From Chara braunii (lineage: Eukaryota > Plantae > Charophyceae): a stretch of DNA of 64,000 bases. The position numbers and the translations under genes are program-made. Position 1 is the stretch's first letter. The number at the start of each line of letters is the position of its first letter. Positions 26,722 to 40,000 of this stretch are shown piece by piece. The notes beneath the pieces are model-generated. The model worked only from the letters and a program-made list of their open reading frames with translations, was not told the origin of the DNA and did no database searches. The stretch covers positions 2,309,369 to 2,373,368 of the forward strand of contig BFEA01000031.1 of the NCBI GenBank assembly GCA_003427395.1. Direction: 5' to 3'.

Positions 26722-28006
26722 GAAAAGAACAGACAAAAGGGCCACTAACCGAGCTGTATATTGCGCTAACGCCTTCACACCATTGTCCTCCATTGTCCTC
26801 CAGCCAAATCGCATAGCATTCCTCAAGCACATTGCACAGCGTTCGTCAATCACACCGCATAGCGCTATCCAATCACGTGACCGAATCGGCCCGACACGTG
26901 TCCTTCTGACTGCATTTTGGGCTGAAGAGTATGCTCAATTCCTTCACACCCACCCTATCTTCATCTCCTCGAGAAGTGACATGAACGGAGAGCATTCTAG
27001 GGGCGCATACGGAACGATTTTCGGTCCAGATACAGACATGATACCATGCTTTCCATGCAAGGTAAGTTAGACAGAGGTAGTACGCCTAATCAGTGTCTGC
27101 TTCATCGAGCAGCTGGACCGCTATGTATACGCCGGAGCACCTCGACCAATCGATCTTGAAACGAACCAAAAGTAGCAGAAGAAGAGGGAGTGAGAAAAGG
27201 GTAGAGAGAATGCAGGGAGAGGTTCTTCAGATTCATGACGACGAAGCAAAGCGAGGCGACGGCGCGCTGTGACCATGGCGGGACGTTGTTTCGCTCAAGA
27301 AGAGGGAGAGGCGCGGGCAATCCTACCTGGCTCTCCTCCACCGTACAACGAACGAATAAATGAAATGAATTGAAATGCAATGAATTATCAGTCCCTCCCT
27401 CGGAAAACCTTCCCGCCCATTCGACTACGCAGAGCTTCCGGGCTCGATTTCCCCGCGCTTCGCTTCAAACTCCTTCCCGCGTCGGACTTTTTTTGCGTCG
27501 GACTTCAAAAAAAGTCCGACCTCCTTCCCATCCCATCCCTCCCGCCGTTTTACTTCTGACTCCTTCCCGCCGTCCCTAATTGTGTGGTCGATCTTTGATC
27601 CCCTGATTTGACATTTGGAATTCGAAATTTTCAATTTTCAAATCAAATCCGTCCGTGGCACAGTGTCGCGCTCATCCGTCGTTGACATCAACGTTTACTG
27701 CACGGGGTAACAGCGAATTCCCACCTCATGCTTCTCCGCTGCAATACGATACGAAACTGTGTCCCCTATCGCCCTATCCCCCCTTGCTCTTCCCCCTCAC
27801 CGACGCCTTAGGTTGTCCACCAGGCCAAACGGAGGGCTGTAATCGCGCCGCGCGCGTTCATCGACGACCTTCCGAGATCCACCGGCACATTTCTACGTTC
27901 TTCTTTGGGGCGGTGACGGTGTTCGGTGGACCCAAGGCTACCACCAATTGTTTGTCTTTTTCCTTCTTTTTTTTTCTCGGTCTGCACCCCTGAATCCAGC
28001 GGCCCA

Positions 28007-28290
28007 CCGTCTTCCCCCGAGCATAACGCATATGTCTTTGTATTCGAGTTAAAAAGAAAACAAACGTTTTTCGGAAAGTTAGGCCCTTTTCTTCGAATAC
28101 AAGGGAACTTCGAATATAACACGTGTGTTTTATTCGAACAATCCCTATACACGTTATATTTGAATTTCACTTAAAGAAAATTGTTGTATTCGAATATAAC
28201 CTCCCCCCCAGAAGGTCAACGCCTGCTCCATTCTTGCCTTGGTGAACGGGACAGGCCTGTGCAGGCCCGTAATCACAGATCACTGCCCGT

Positions 28291-28371
<81 letters not shown>

Positions 28372-28432
28372 TTGTGCCCCCTACGCTCTTCATTAGACAA
28401 GAAATTGTCCTCCAGGTCATTGACACACGCTG

Positions 28433-28510
<78 letters not shown>

Positions 28511-28984
28511 TGCGCGAAGGTGCTTCTAACAGCCAAGAAAGTGGCACTTCTGACAGCCAAGAATGTGGCGCGGCCAAGAAAGTGGAAAAATAAGAAAGCC
28601 ACTCACCAAAGTCTCGCTACACTACCGTGGTCACCTAGACAAAAAAGAAAGGGGTTGTATTCGTCCATGGTCTAGTGGAAGATTCATTCGCATTTTGCAC
28701 ATTTTGCTGAGGAGTGGAGCAAGGGCCCAAGTAGGGGAAAGGAATGAAACTCAACCAAGAATATGGAAACGTACGTTGCTGCTTTACTTTTACCTTTTTG
28801 CCAAGGCTTCGAGTCCCCCAGCTGTGGTCCAGAACTGAACCTACTCAGCCTGGACCCGACCCTCTTGTGTAGGCAAAGTTGGTCTCGTTCACTCGAACAG
28901 AACGCATATGCGTTGTAAACGAATACAACGCACGATATGCGTTGTATTCGTTAACGCATATGCCTTATGTTCGGGGGAAGACGG
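28007..28984. mobile_element. Long member of the CCGTCTTCCCCCGA TIR family (Tc1/mariner/pogo-like, TA target)
   Basis: About 28-bp TIRs ccgtcttcccccgagcataacgcatatg / catatgccttatgttcgggggaagacgg-TA, with internal tattcgaa repeats. Confidence 0.7.
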
Positions 28985-29432
28985 TAGCTCAGTTGGTTAG
29001 GCACGCAAGTGCCATTCAGGAGGTTGTTGGTTCGTGACCGCCTACGGCGCACTTAGTGCCAACGGATTGTGATAGTCCGCTTGATACCCCTGATAGGTAT
29101 CAACAGGGCCTATGACCAACAAAGGTGTGAGTGCGAGCATGAGTGGGTTGTGTGGGAGAGTGTTGACCATAGGCACTGCTGCTACTCGATGGGGGTTGGG
29201 GGAAGTAGATGGGAGGCGCAACAACTGGCAAAATGGTCGGTCTTTGAGTTAGTCGGCCCCCTCCACAGGTGGCCCCACCCTCCTTCTTGACCACCGCCGA
29301 TTACGGCGGTGAAACATGAATGATCTCCTTAATTGTTAGAGGTAGCTATGCTTGGAGGGGTCCCCTTTATGGGCATAGGAGTAGTGGTAGGTCGTGAGCG
29401 AAAGGTGAAATCGAGAGAAGAATATTGCTTAG
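28985..29432 (+). mobile_element. tRNA-derived SINE-like repeat
   Basis: TAGCTCAGTTGG A box and GGTTCGTGACC B box. Body 29175-29432 recurs inverted at 47637-47890. Confidence 0.65.
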
Positions 29433-29754
29433 TTCTATGTTACCCAGATCGGACGTTTGAGACCCCCCTGACCGTCCGGGGTTGTCCGATCGGACAACTA
29501 GTCGGACGTCCTCCCCGGGCAGTTTGTCCGAAGTCCGAATGGTAAAAAAAAAAAAAAAAAAAAAAANNNNNNNNNNNNNNNNNNNNNNNNNNNNNNNNNN
29601 NNNNNNNNNNNNNNNNNNNNNNNNNNNNNNNNNNNNNAAAAAAAAAAAAAAAAAAAAAAACTCAAAAAATTCCGAAAAACAATTATGTTATGCAGAGAAA
29701 TAAAGTTTAATAAAATGAACAACTTTTGCCTTGGCCTTGCTAATGTTTCCTTCC

Positions 29755-29847
<93 letters not shown>

Positions 29848-32134
29848 TCAGTGTGTGTGTGTGTGTAGACAGTGCATCTGTGTGTGTCTACATAGTGTGT
29901 GTATGTGTGTAGACAGTGCAGTGTGCGTGTGTGTGCGAGTAAATAGTGTGTGTGTATGACTGTGTGTATGTGTGCTCACGTGCGCGTCACTCGTTGTGTT
30001 TGTGCGTGGATAGAATGTGTGTGTGTGTGTGTGGATGTCATTGTCACTGCAGCTGTTGCATCTGCTGGAACGGATGGTCCACATTCTGCTTCAGACGAAA
30101 CAACTGCAGTCGCTGCATGCGCAGCAGTTGCTGACTGCAGCAGCAGACCCTCCTGTGTGTGTGTGTGTGTGGATGTCGTTGACACTACAGCTGCTGCATT
30201 TGCCGGAGCGTATGGTCCACACGCTGTATCAGACGAAGCAGCTGCAGTCGCTGCATGTGCAGCAGCTCTAAACTGCAGCAGCAGGCCCTCCATTTCAACT
30301 CCCCAAGCAATCCACCCCCCCCAACACCAAACCATCACACCTGCCCAAGGATAAGTCGTGAGGCCTTTGCGGCACCCCTGTCTTTTAGGCAGTGGGTGAC
30401 CATAAGCAAGAGGCGTAGGCCCATCTCAAGGGGAAAACCCTTTTGTACTAGACCAGAGTCTGGGATGTCCTGGACAAGGACCTCGAATTTCAGACTCAGG
30501 ACCAACGTCCGACTAATAATTTAAAAAGCAAAACTCTTTTTGAGATGGGATTCGCCTGTCCCTCCCCTTAAGGAAGAAAATAAGAGTAGTCACGGGTTGG
30601 CGAGCAATTCGCCATACCCAGACTAAGTCTCAGTCCGAACAAAGGTCGAGCGCTAAACCTTGCACTCGTTTTCTCCTGGTTGCTCGCTCGATGCGTGTGG
30701 CAGGAGCAAAATGAGAAAAAGAAAAGGGCGAGTCTCGGGGGGAATCAGGGAGAACCATTCTCACAGCCATAGTTGAATCTTATCACTTCATTCATTCACC
30801 CATATCACCCTTAATTCAGGAGCGAGTCATCGCTCCCATACATACCTGCACAGACATGGAATCTAATGGAAATCCACACGCAGATGCCACAAAACGTGGT
30901 CAACTCCTTTGCTCCCAGGTTCATGTCCCACACGCCCCTTTTCGACCCCCACTCAACAAAGGCATATCCGCCCGTCCCGATTCACACAGCTTTTGCATGG
31001 CCATTCAAGAGAGGTTCCAAGGATAGGTTTTCTTTCATACGGAAATGCCTTTCGCCTACAGGGTCACATACATCTGGGCGTGGGTATCACAGTGGGTAGG
31101 AGTTGAGTCGCAAACCGACCTGCTATCAGTCCGATAACAGAAGTTGATGAAGCTCAAGACTTCGAAGAACACTCGCAGGTAACAATGACCTGCGTCACAA
31201 AATCAAGGCAGGCATCGTCTGTTGAATTAACGGAGTTCAACTCCGTATTGCACTTTAAGCTACTTAATAGTAGCATCCCGTAACGATGTGAAAATTCCAA
31301 AAATTTCGGCAGCACTTCCTTTAGGGAAGTGTGCTCGAAGAATATTTACTAAACCAAATCTAAAAATAAAAAGTCGCGACTATAAAAATCATCTGAAATT
31401 AAACTAACGCTTTGGTTTTAGTAAAAATTTGGGCAGCACTTCCTTTAGAAAGGAAGGCTTCCAGAATTTCTACTGTCCCCAAAGACTAAACTATACCATA
31501 TCCTAGCTTACATCTCAAAACCTTGGTTATCTTTAAGGATTTAGCAGAAATTTTGGCAGCATTTCCCCTAGGAAAAGAGCCTCCCAGAATTTTTATTAAT
31601 TCAAAGGCTAGCCAAAGTCCAATCAAAACAAACATACATGAAAAAGACAAATGTGAACACAAAAGTGAACATGTACCTGGCCATCGTTCAAGTATAAGGC
31701 GAGCACTAACAGACTACCCTATAATGTAGAAGACAAACAAAGCATTGAGCAAAAGACAAGGCATTGCCAACAAGTATGTCAAGTCGATAGCACATTCAAC
31801 CAATTCAAAACAAGGATTTGTTTATCCAAAGACTTTATCTTTCGTTTGTCCTGATCACGAAAACATTAGTCCCGTATTCTTACTTAGTTCATTAACTTCC
31901 CAAGTTGTTCTCAGTCAAACTCCATGCAATCACCAACACACTAGCCCGAACTATTCTCACAAGGAGAAGAGTCAGACCTTTTGTCAACAAGCAAAACTAA
32001 CTGACTCAGCAAAGCGACCGGATCGGTCAGAAGGACCTCATCTCCAGCCTCATTTCAATGTCTTAGGCAAGCAGCAAATCGACCGGATCGGTCAGGAGGA
32101 CCTCATCTCCAGCCCCTAATGTCTTAAGCAAACG

Positions 32135-33022
32135 GCAAAGCGGCAGGTCCTGACCCCGCCCCGTCTCAATGTCCAGGCAATCAGCAAAGCGGCAGGTCCT
32201 GACCCCGCCCCGTCTCAATGTCCAGGCAATCAGCAAAGCGGCAGGTCCTGACCCTGCCCCGTCTCAAAGTCCAGGCAATCAGCAAAGTGGCAGGTCTTGA
32301 CTCCACCCCGTCTCAATGTCCAGACAATCAGCGAAGCGGCAGGTCCTGACCCTGCCCCGTCTCAATGTCCAGGCAATCAGCAAAGCGGCAGGTCCTGACC
32401 CCGCCTCGTTTCAAAGTTCAGGCAATCAGCAAAGCGGCAGGNNNNNNNNNNNNNNNNNNNNNNNNNNNNNNNNNNNNNNNNNNNNNNNNNNNNNNNNNNN
32501 NNNNNNNNNNNNNNNNNNNNNNNNNNNNNNNNNNNNNNNNNNNNNNNNNNNNNNNNNNNNNNNNNNNNNNNNNNNNNNNNNNNNNNNNNNNNNNNNNNNN
32601 NNNNNNNNNNNNNNNNNNNNNNNNNNNNNNNNNNNNNNNNNNNNNNNNNNNNNNNNNNNNNNNNNNNNNNNNNNNNNNNNNNNNNNNNNNNNNNNNNNNN
32701 NNNNNNNNNNNNNNNNNNNNNNNNNNNNNNNNNNNNNNNNNNNNNNNNNNNNNNNNNNNNNNNNNNNNNNNNNNNNNNNNNNNNNNNNNNNNNNNNNNNN
32801 NNNNNNNNNNNNNNNNNNNNNNNNNNNNNNNNNNNNNNNNNNNNNNNNNNNNNNNNNNNNNNNNNNNNNNNNNNNNNNNNNNNNNNNNNNNNNNNNNNNN
32901 NNNNNNNNNNNNNNNNNNNNNNNNNNNGTCCTGACCCCGCCCCGTCTCAATGTCCAGACAATCAGCAAAGCGGAAGGTCCTGACCCCGCCCCGTCTCAAT
33001 GTCCAGACAATCAGCAAAGCGG
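32135..33022. repeat. 49-bp minisatellite spanning an N gap
   Basis: Unit gcaaagcggcaggtcctgaccccgccccgtctcaatgtccaggcaatca, period 49. Confidence 0.95.
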
Positions 33023-34239
33023 CTGGATCTGTCAGAAGACCTCATCTCTAGCCCCATTCAGATCATCGCATGCAAACATCGTGATTTTTACCACAGACAG
33101 ATGAGTTAACATCCATAGTAGATTACCATTTTTTGTTTAGTTAAAGTCCTGAAGGAAAAGAAAACAAACATATACATTAGTCAAAGTCAGAGAGATCAAA
33201 CACCAGGTTTGTATAAATAGAGGTTTATTGGGATAGCTAAAGGTATCGTGCCGACCTACCTCTGAGTTCCCTGCCTCCAGAGTCCCGCCTGGGCTCCGGC
33301 AGAGCTCCCGCAATCGGTGGGTCGACCTCCCACAAAGGCCTTGATGCGGTCCTACGGGTTGCAATCCCGCCTGCCGCCTTCCTCCCTGAACATAGACTAG
33401 ACTGAGAGGAAGAAGGAAAGAAAAAGATAGATTAGACGCTCGAGGTACGAGAAGGGGCCAACTCAACTCACACGAGAGGGCCTTGGTGCCTTCAGATCCT
33501 GAGGGCCCCGCAATGGCGGCCAATCACATAGTACCTTGAAGTTGGTAGCGCCAGAAACCGCAACTACCTCACAACTCCATCAGTACTAGTAGCAATCCCC
33601 CTTTAACTCTTTGATGATAGCTGTAGCACTGGACTTTTCCAACAACAACCTTTAACCCTACAGGTTGAGCCTTGGAGCAATCGCTGAGACAACTGCTTTC
33701 ACGTTCACGGCACGAGCAACAGTCCAAATATAGTTGGAAGAGCCCACTCAGTAGGCCACACCTGACGCAAGCAAAGTAGCGGCCGTCCTCAACAACATCT
33801 TGTCCTCATCAGCAGCAAAGGCCTCAACAATGGTGGCTTTAACTATTGTTCAGTACATGAACTGATGAAATAACGGTCAATCAACAGACTCTGAAGGCAA
33901 ACAAATGTTTGTTCATCAGCAACATCGGTTTTCTGGGCAGGTAGCAGCATCCTGCAAGATATGGTTCCTCATCTCTTGAAAAATGTGACCCGAAGCAGCA
34001 CCAAGACACAGGCCATGCTGCAGGTTCCGCCCAAAATTTTGAACCCTCATCATAGCAGAAACGCAGGGTGCGGCACGAGGTGATCAATTGTAAGGCCCGC
34101 TCAATGAAGCACGTCCGTTCTCCCCTCCTCTATCCTTCTCTCTTTGGCAGTCTTTGCTACTTTGGATGCTTCACGTGACATTTTCTCATCACGTGTGCAA
34201 AAATAAGAATGAACTTCCCGTTACAGCGTGAAAAATCAA

Positions 34240-34280
<41 letters not shown>

Positions 34281-34677
34281 GCGGCCCCCTAGCATATGAA
34301 TATGCCTTATTGTTCTCACGACCAGGTTCATTAAAGGCCACAAAGACGATGACTTTAGACCAGAAGAGGATCGCGGCATCAATCCCACTGGCAATGGCTC
34401 AATGAACACTTCGAGCGTGATGGAGAGCTCGATTACGAAGATTACCACCTTGTAAATCTTGCCACAATGAGGACGACGAAGACACGCTGATGGTAATCAC
34501 GATGGTTGAGCCGAGGCGTGCAATCATGGGCAGCACCCCATTATTCACCAAAACGCTCAATATTGAGGATAAATCTTCCACTTAATCATGATAGATATAT
34601 CGTGAGATTGCAATGCAAGGTAAATATCTCTCGTCCTCTATCTCTCTCTGCCGCCTCAGACTCGTGAACGCACCTGG

Positions 34678-35015
34678 CCAACAAGTAAGTCTTCAACCCA
34701 CAACTGTCTCCACTCTACTTCTATCGACCGTAGGTCCGTAGGTGCAGCGCTCCTTCCAACAGGTAAGTCTTCACCCACAGCTGTCCTCATACTACTTCCA
34801 TCAACCGTAGATCCGTAGGTGCAGCGCTCCTTCCAACACGTAAGTCTCCACCCACAACTGTCCTCATACCACTTCCATCAACCGTAGATCCGTAGGTGCA
34901 GCGCTCCTTCCAACAGGTAAGTCTCCACCCACAACTGTCCTCATACTACTTCCATCAACCGTGGATCCGTAGGTGCAGCGCTCCTTCCAACAGGTAAGTC
35001 TCCACCGACAGCTGT
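34678..35015. repeat. Tandem repeat of about 77 bp, about 4.3 copies
   Basis: ccgtaggtgcagcgctccttccaacaggtaagtc..ctacttccatcaa repeated. Confidence 0.9.
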
Positions 35016-36299
35016 CGAAGGTGATGCCGCTGTCGCTATCCCGCTGTCGATGAAGGTAGCCGCGGTCCGTCCTGGTCAATGGAGATGGCCTCAATTTCGC
35101 TGGTGAGGACGATGATTCGTTCGATGATGAAGGCTTGGCTCAACATCCCTCTCTCTCTCTCTCCGCCCATCTACCTCACCGTTACGCCCACTCTCATTTG
35201 CACAAGAGACTAATGTGAATGAATCTACCATTAGAAAATGGAAAGATTCATTTTCATATTTGAAAACTCCCCTCGCAGCTTTTTTTGTCCGTACCGCCAA
35301 AACCACTGCACCAAACCCGGTTCTGTCATGACCACTAGATTCAGAATATAGTAAAACCCGTAGTTAGCATCTTTTCTCGCTCGTTTTGGTTAAGAAACGA
35401 GCGAGATATGCACTTGTTTTCATTTCCCACCTTTTCTCTCCCATTAGTTCAACTATTCTACGCATGCAATTTTTCTTCAATCTCCTAATCCACTACCCCT
35501 TTGCCCAATCTAATTGCAGATTCGAATTCGCCTTTCCCTAAAACCTCTATTTCGCTTCTTCCCGCGTCTGATTCCGTTAAGAGTAGAGTAGGCTTTGGAT
35601 TTTCCCCCTAGGCCATACCCATTTCCTTCCTCTGTCGTTGTCACTTTCCCGTCTCCTTCATCTTCGTGTATGTGGACCTGATCCCGGCCAGGTTCACTCG
35701 TCTTCCTTTACTTTCTCTATCTCTCCCTTCACTCACCTTCACCATTGCCTTACCACTCTCTTCTCTCACCAACCTCGCTCCCTCCTTCGCCTTGTTTCTG
35801 TCTTCTCCTTGTTTCCCCCGACGCATTTCTTTCCTCCGTTAGACTCTTAGCGCAGCCTAGTGCAACTCTTGTCCGACAGCGCCGTATTCAGCCACCGTGA
35901 GAGTAATTTCAAAGAGGGCCAGCCAACAACTGGCTCGAAAATGTCTGGCGTCCCTATTCTCAAATCCGAGGAACGATTTGCACGTTCGTAGGAGGGAACC
36001 CTGCTACTATTCAGTTTGACAGTCTTTTGCCCTTGTGTCCGAGTCCGAACGAACAATTTCCACTTCAAGACGCTGTCAGCCTTAGTCCAAGAATCCTCTG
36101 GCTGTGCCTGGCCCAGGCACAGTTCACTATCTCTGGGGTCCACGGGCCTGTCCACACTCAGGTCCCCACTGGTTGTGCCTTACCTAGGCACAGTCTACCA
36201 TTCCTTCGGGCCCCAAATGGGCCTGCTCATACTCAAACCTCTGCTGGTCGTGCCTCGCCCAGGCACAGTTCCCTGTTTCTTGGGTCCCACGGGCCTGCA

Positions 36300-36372
36300 C
36301 TGTGGCTGTGTGAGCAGGGGCTGCACAAGCCTTCCCCTTATCGTACTAATTTTAATGGTTGTCCCAAAGGAC
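36300..36372 (-). pseudogene. Highly diverged U6-derived 5' segment fused to tandem repeats
   Basis: GTCCTTTGGGACAACCATTAAAATTAGTACGATAAGGGGAAGGCTTGTGCAGCCCCTGC aligns to roughly U6 nt 1-60. Confidence 0.65.
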
Positions 36373-36529
36373 AAAAGCGGGGCGGAGCCCCGCTGCACCG
36401 CCCAATAGCTGAGTGGTCTTAGGTGACTCAAGTAGGAGCGTCCTGCATATCTGCGTCCGACAAAATTTCAACTTGGGCCTGTATTTCATCAGCTCTTGGG
36501 TATACTAACTGAGCTTAGGTAGGTGCTCA

Positions 36530-37040
36530 GCCCACAGGACTGTTTTTCAACAGTCTGCGGGAGTACCGACCTGAGCTAGGCCCAGTGGCACTATTCCCGC
36601 AGACCTGTTTTTCAACAGTTCGCAGGTGTACCACCTGAGTCAGGTCTACGGGTGCTGGTCCCATAGGCCTGTTTTTCAACAGCCTGCGAGTGTACCAGTC
36701 GAGCTTGGCCTACGGGTGCTGTTCCCACAGGCCTGTTTTTCAACAGCCTGCGAGTGTACCAGCTGAGACAATGGCACTGTTCCCACATACTGTTTTTCAA
36801 CAGTCCGTGGCTGTACCACCTGAACTAGATCTGCAACTGTTGTTCCCCCAGGCCTATTCACAACAGTTCGTGGGTGTTCCAACTGCGCTAGGCCGTGGTG
36901 CTGGTCCCAAAGGCCTATTCTCTCAGCAGTTCGAGGGTGTACCAACTGAGCTCGGCCCAGTGGCANCTGTCCCACAGGCCTGTTTTCAACAGCCTGCGGT
37001 GTACCAACTGAGCTTGGCCTACAGGTGCTGGTCCCAGCAA
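36530..37040. repeat. Degenerate tandem repeat of about 62 bp, about 8 copies
   Basis: cctgtttttcaacagcctgcgagtgtacca..gagct.ggcc..ggtgctg.tccca.agg repeated. Confidence 0.85.
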
Positions 37041-40000
37041 NCTATGATGGCNGNCACCCTACCTCTATTAAGGAAGGTGTCGACGCAGTTGTTATCTATC
37101 CCCGTCTTGGTGGGGATACTCAACTCACGTTCGTCCGCTCCTTGCTCAGCAAGCTCAAGCACTCTTTAGTTTTCTTTTTGAAGTTATTTTCGGTACTTCT
37201 TCGCTGTCGGTCCCGGAGCCAGTTTTCGGCCTCGTCAATGGACCGAAAAACGAAGAAAAGTAAAAATAAAAATAAAAATAAATTAACAAAATAAAAAATA
37301 AAAATAATAAAGTTGAAGAGGACGAGGATCTACCAACGCCCTCTTGGTCTTGCCAGTCGAACCCAGGTTTGGGCTCGTCCGGTAAAACCAAGGGGGATAG
37401 TCACTTAAGACCCTCGACCCCTTAGTCTCCGCCTGTCGCGCTTTTTTGCTCCATCGCCTCTAGCTGACCTTGAACTCTAAACGTGCCGCTTGAACGTCAA
37501 GTACTGTAACCAACAGGGCTAAGCCCAAGCCTGAGTTAGGTAGGCGCGACCTTACATATGAATAGTTATAGGACCCTAATTGGTCCTACCTGCACAAACC
37601 AGGCCTTCGCCTTGGCCTATCGGCCAACCTCCTAGCCGTCAGAAAATGCCGAGACGTCGTCCGCTCCTAGGATCGTAGCTACTTGGTATCTTGGTCGTCG
37701 GGCGCTCGACATATTTTCGTCAAACTTTCGACTTTCCCTCATACTAGGTTTGCCAACGCCACGCCTTTCGACGCGTCGTCCAACATAAACTTTCCGCGTA
37801 TGCGCAAGGTAAAGTTTTATCCTCTTCACGCCGTGTCCCATCAGAGACCGAACCAGTTAGCGATATCAAGCTGGTCTCTATAAAATAAAAAAATATATAT
37901 AATAAAAAAGAAAAATTATAGAGAACGTAGGTGGACCCTATGGCTTTGGCGTCTTCCGCCGTCCTGTTATTGCCGACCAACAAACATCTCACAACGCAAC
38001 GCAATAATGCGTGCCCCACTCACTCTCTCTCTAGCCACATTCGATTCGGAGTTTCGCCAAGAGCGAGGCTGCCGAGATAAGCGCCCTGACGCGATTTACC
38101 TCATCGGCGTATTTCATTGATCAAGGACGCACCCAGTGCGACCTTTAAAAAGGATGGCAAATACCCTTGTAAGAGTGTTTGCTACGACAACAGGTTGTAG
38201 GGATTTTAAATTCCTACAACCCCATTTTTTTTTTTGAAACTGATAAGTTTTTGTCATTATAAAAAATAAAAAACAGAAAAGACGGAGCAGAAAAATTAAA
38301 AAATAAATTTAAAAAAACGTTTTTTTTGGGGGGGGGGGATTTCTGGTTGGTAGTTCTTTGTATTCTTCGTTTTTACGATTTTTTTTATTTATTTTTTTTG
38401 TCCTAAGGAAACAATCAAGAAATGAAAAAAATATATATGGTTTTTTTTTTCCGGGGCCTTTTAATATTTGTGTGTGAACACGTGTGTGTGTGTGTGTGTN
38501 NNNNNNNNNNNNNNNNNNNNNNNNNNNNNNNNNNNNNNNNNNNNNNNNNNNNNNNNNNNNNNNNNNNNNNNNNNNNNNNNNNNNNNNNNNNNNNNNNNNN
38601 NNNNNNNNNNNNNNNNNNNNNNNNNNNNNNNNNNNNNNNNNNNNNNNNNNNNNNNNNNNNNNNNNNNNNNNNNNNNNNNNNNNNNNNNNNNNNNNNNNNN
38701 NNNNNNNNNNNNNNNNNNNNNNNNNNNNNNNNNNNNNNNNNNNNGTAACACAACCGTCCCACGTAATGTGGGAAACAGGACAGAACCCAAGAGTATCCAT
38801 TAGTGCATAGCTTATTTTTAGCCATGGATGACATACGTTACGCAGGTAGTAGAGGTTAGGGGTCATAGCTAACAAAGGAGTAAAAATTAGTATGTTAGTG
38901 TTAGTATGTTAGTGTTAGTATGTTAGGGGTTAGGAGAGGGCAAGAAGCCCAACCGTAGGGGGGGTGCACGCCCTAAAGCGCGCTTTTCGCCGCTTAGCAC
39001 CCATAGCAGCTCATCAGAGGGATTAGAATTAGTAAAGGCTTCTGTTAGTATTCGGGGTGGGGGATGGGGGATAGGTAAGCAAGGAGTCATAGGTTCCAAG
39101 GTAGAACAGAATTACGTGTTTTAGCGAGTTCGTACCTGGGCTGTCATGGCTGGTGTCACTGCAGAGTCAGTCCCCGCCATCGCACGAAAATTGTAGCGTA
39201 GCATGGTATCAAAAGGCTTACGTCGTAAGCGGATTGCCCAAGACACCGTAATACGCCAGACTGTTCCTATGCACCAGGATCAGTACTTGATCAGAACTGC
39301 TCAAGTAGGGAAGATGTGGATGGAGAGGCGTCATGCAACATGAAGCAGAGTGCCGGTGTTGATGGTATGGCAAGTAGCAAGGAGTATAAGTAGCGAAGTT
39401 GTGTGTGCCATTTACGGCGTGATCGCTGGTAGCGCTGTGCATGCCATGGGTGCTTTGCGTGGTTGGTAAATTCGTGGGGTATTATTAAGGGGTAATTACT
39501 GGGGTAGGGAAGAGCGTAGGGTGTGTGGTTTAAACACATTGTTGGTGATTGGGGTGGGAGAGCGGGTAAGCTAGTATGGAGATAGCAGAGAGCGGGATGG
39601 GAGAAAAACTGGTCAGGAAGAAGGAAGTTTTCTTACGTAATTTGCTGGCGGGGTTGGGGTTGACGATGTATGTTATGTGAGCAGGCAAGGTCAGGTTGAC
39701 GATGCTTTTTGTTTATTGTCTTGTAGTGCTTGGGGTTATTTGGTGGGAGACAGGCTATGGTGGTGCCGTGCCGTGTTGCAGGTGTGCTTGTCCTGTAGTG
39801 ACGTTCCGAGGTGGTGCGTCACATGAAGGTATGCTCGAACTTTGAGAGGGGGGAACGAAGCGGGGAACTTACTAGGGGCATGCTTGTTATGAGGTTCGAA
39901 TAGGTTGAAGGCCACCGTGTAGTGGGGAGCTTTGCTTCGTAGGAAAAAAATTGGATATACTATGGTTGTGCCGGCGTTGTTGTAGCTGTATACTTCATGG

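Larger units (their letters stand above)
31000..35450 (-). mobile_element. Unclassified large element, copy A (boundaries approximate)
   Basis: Collinear homology with copy B: 33140-33525 to 41380-41757, and hairpin 35219-35260 to 43921-43960. Internal tandem repeats occur in both copies. Confidence 0.5.

Noticed and set aside
32316-33104. ORFs across the gap (also 38309-38875)
   Set aside because: Mostly N and minisatellite.
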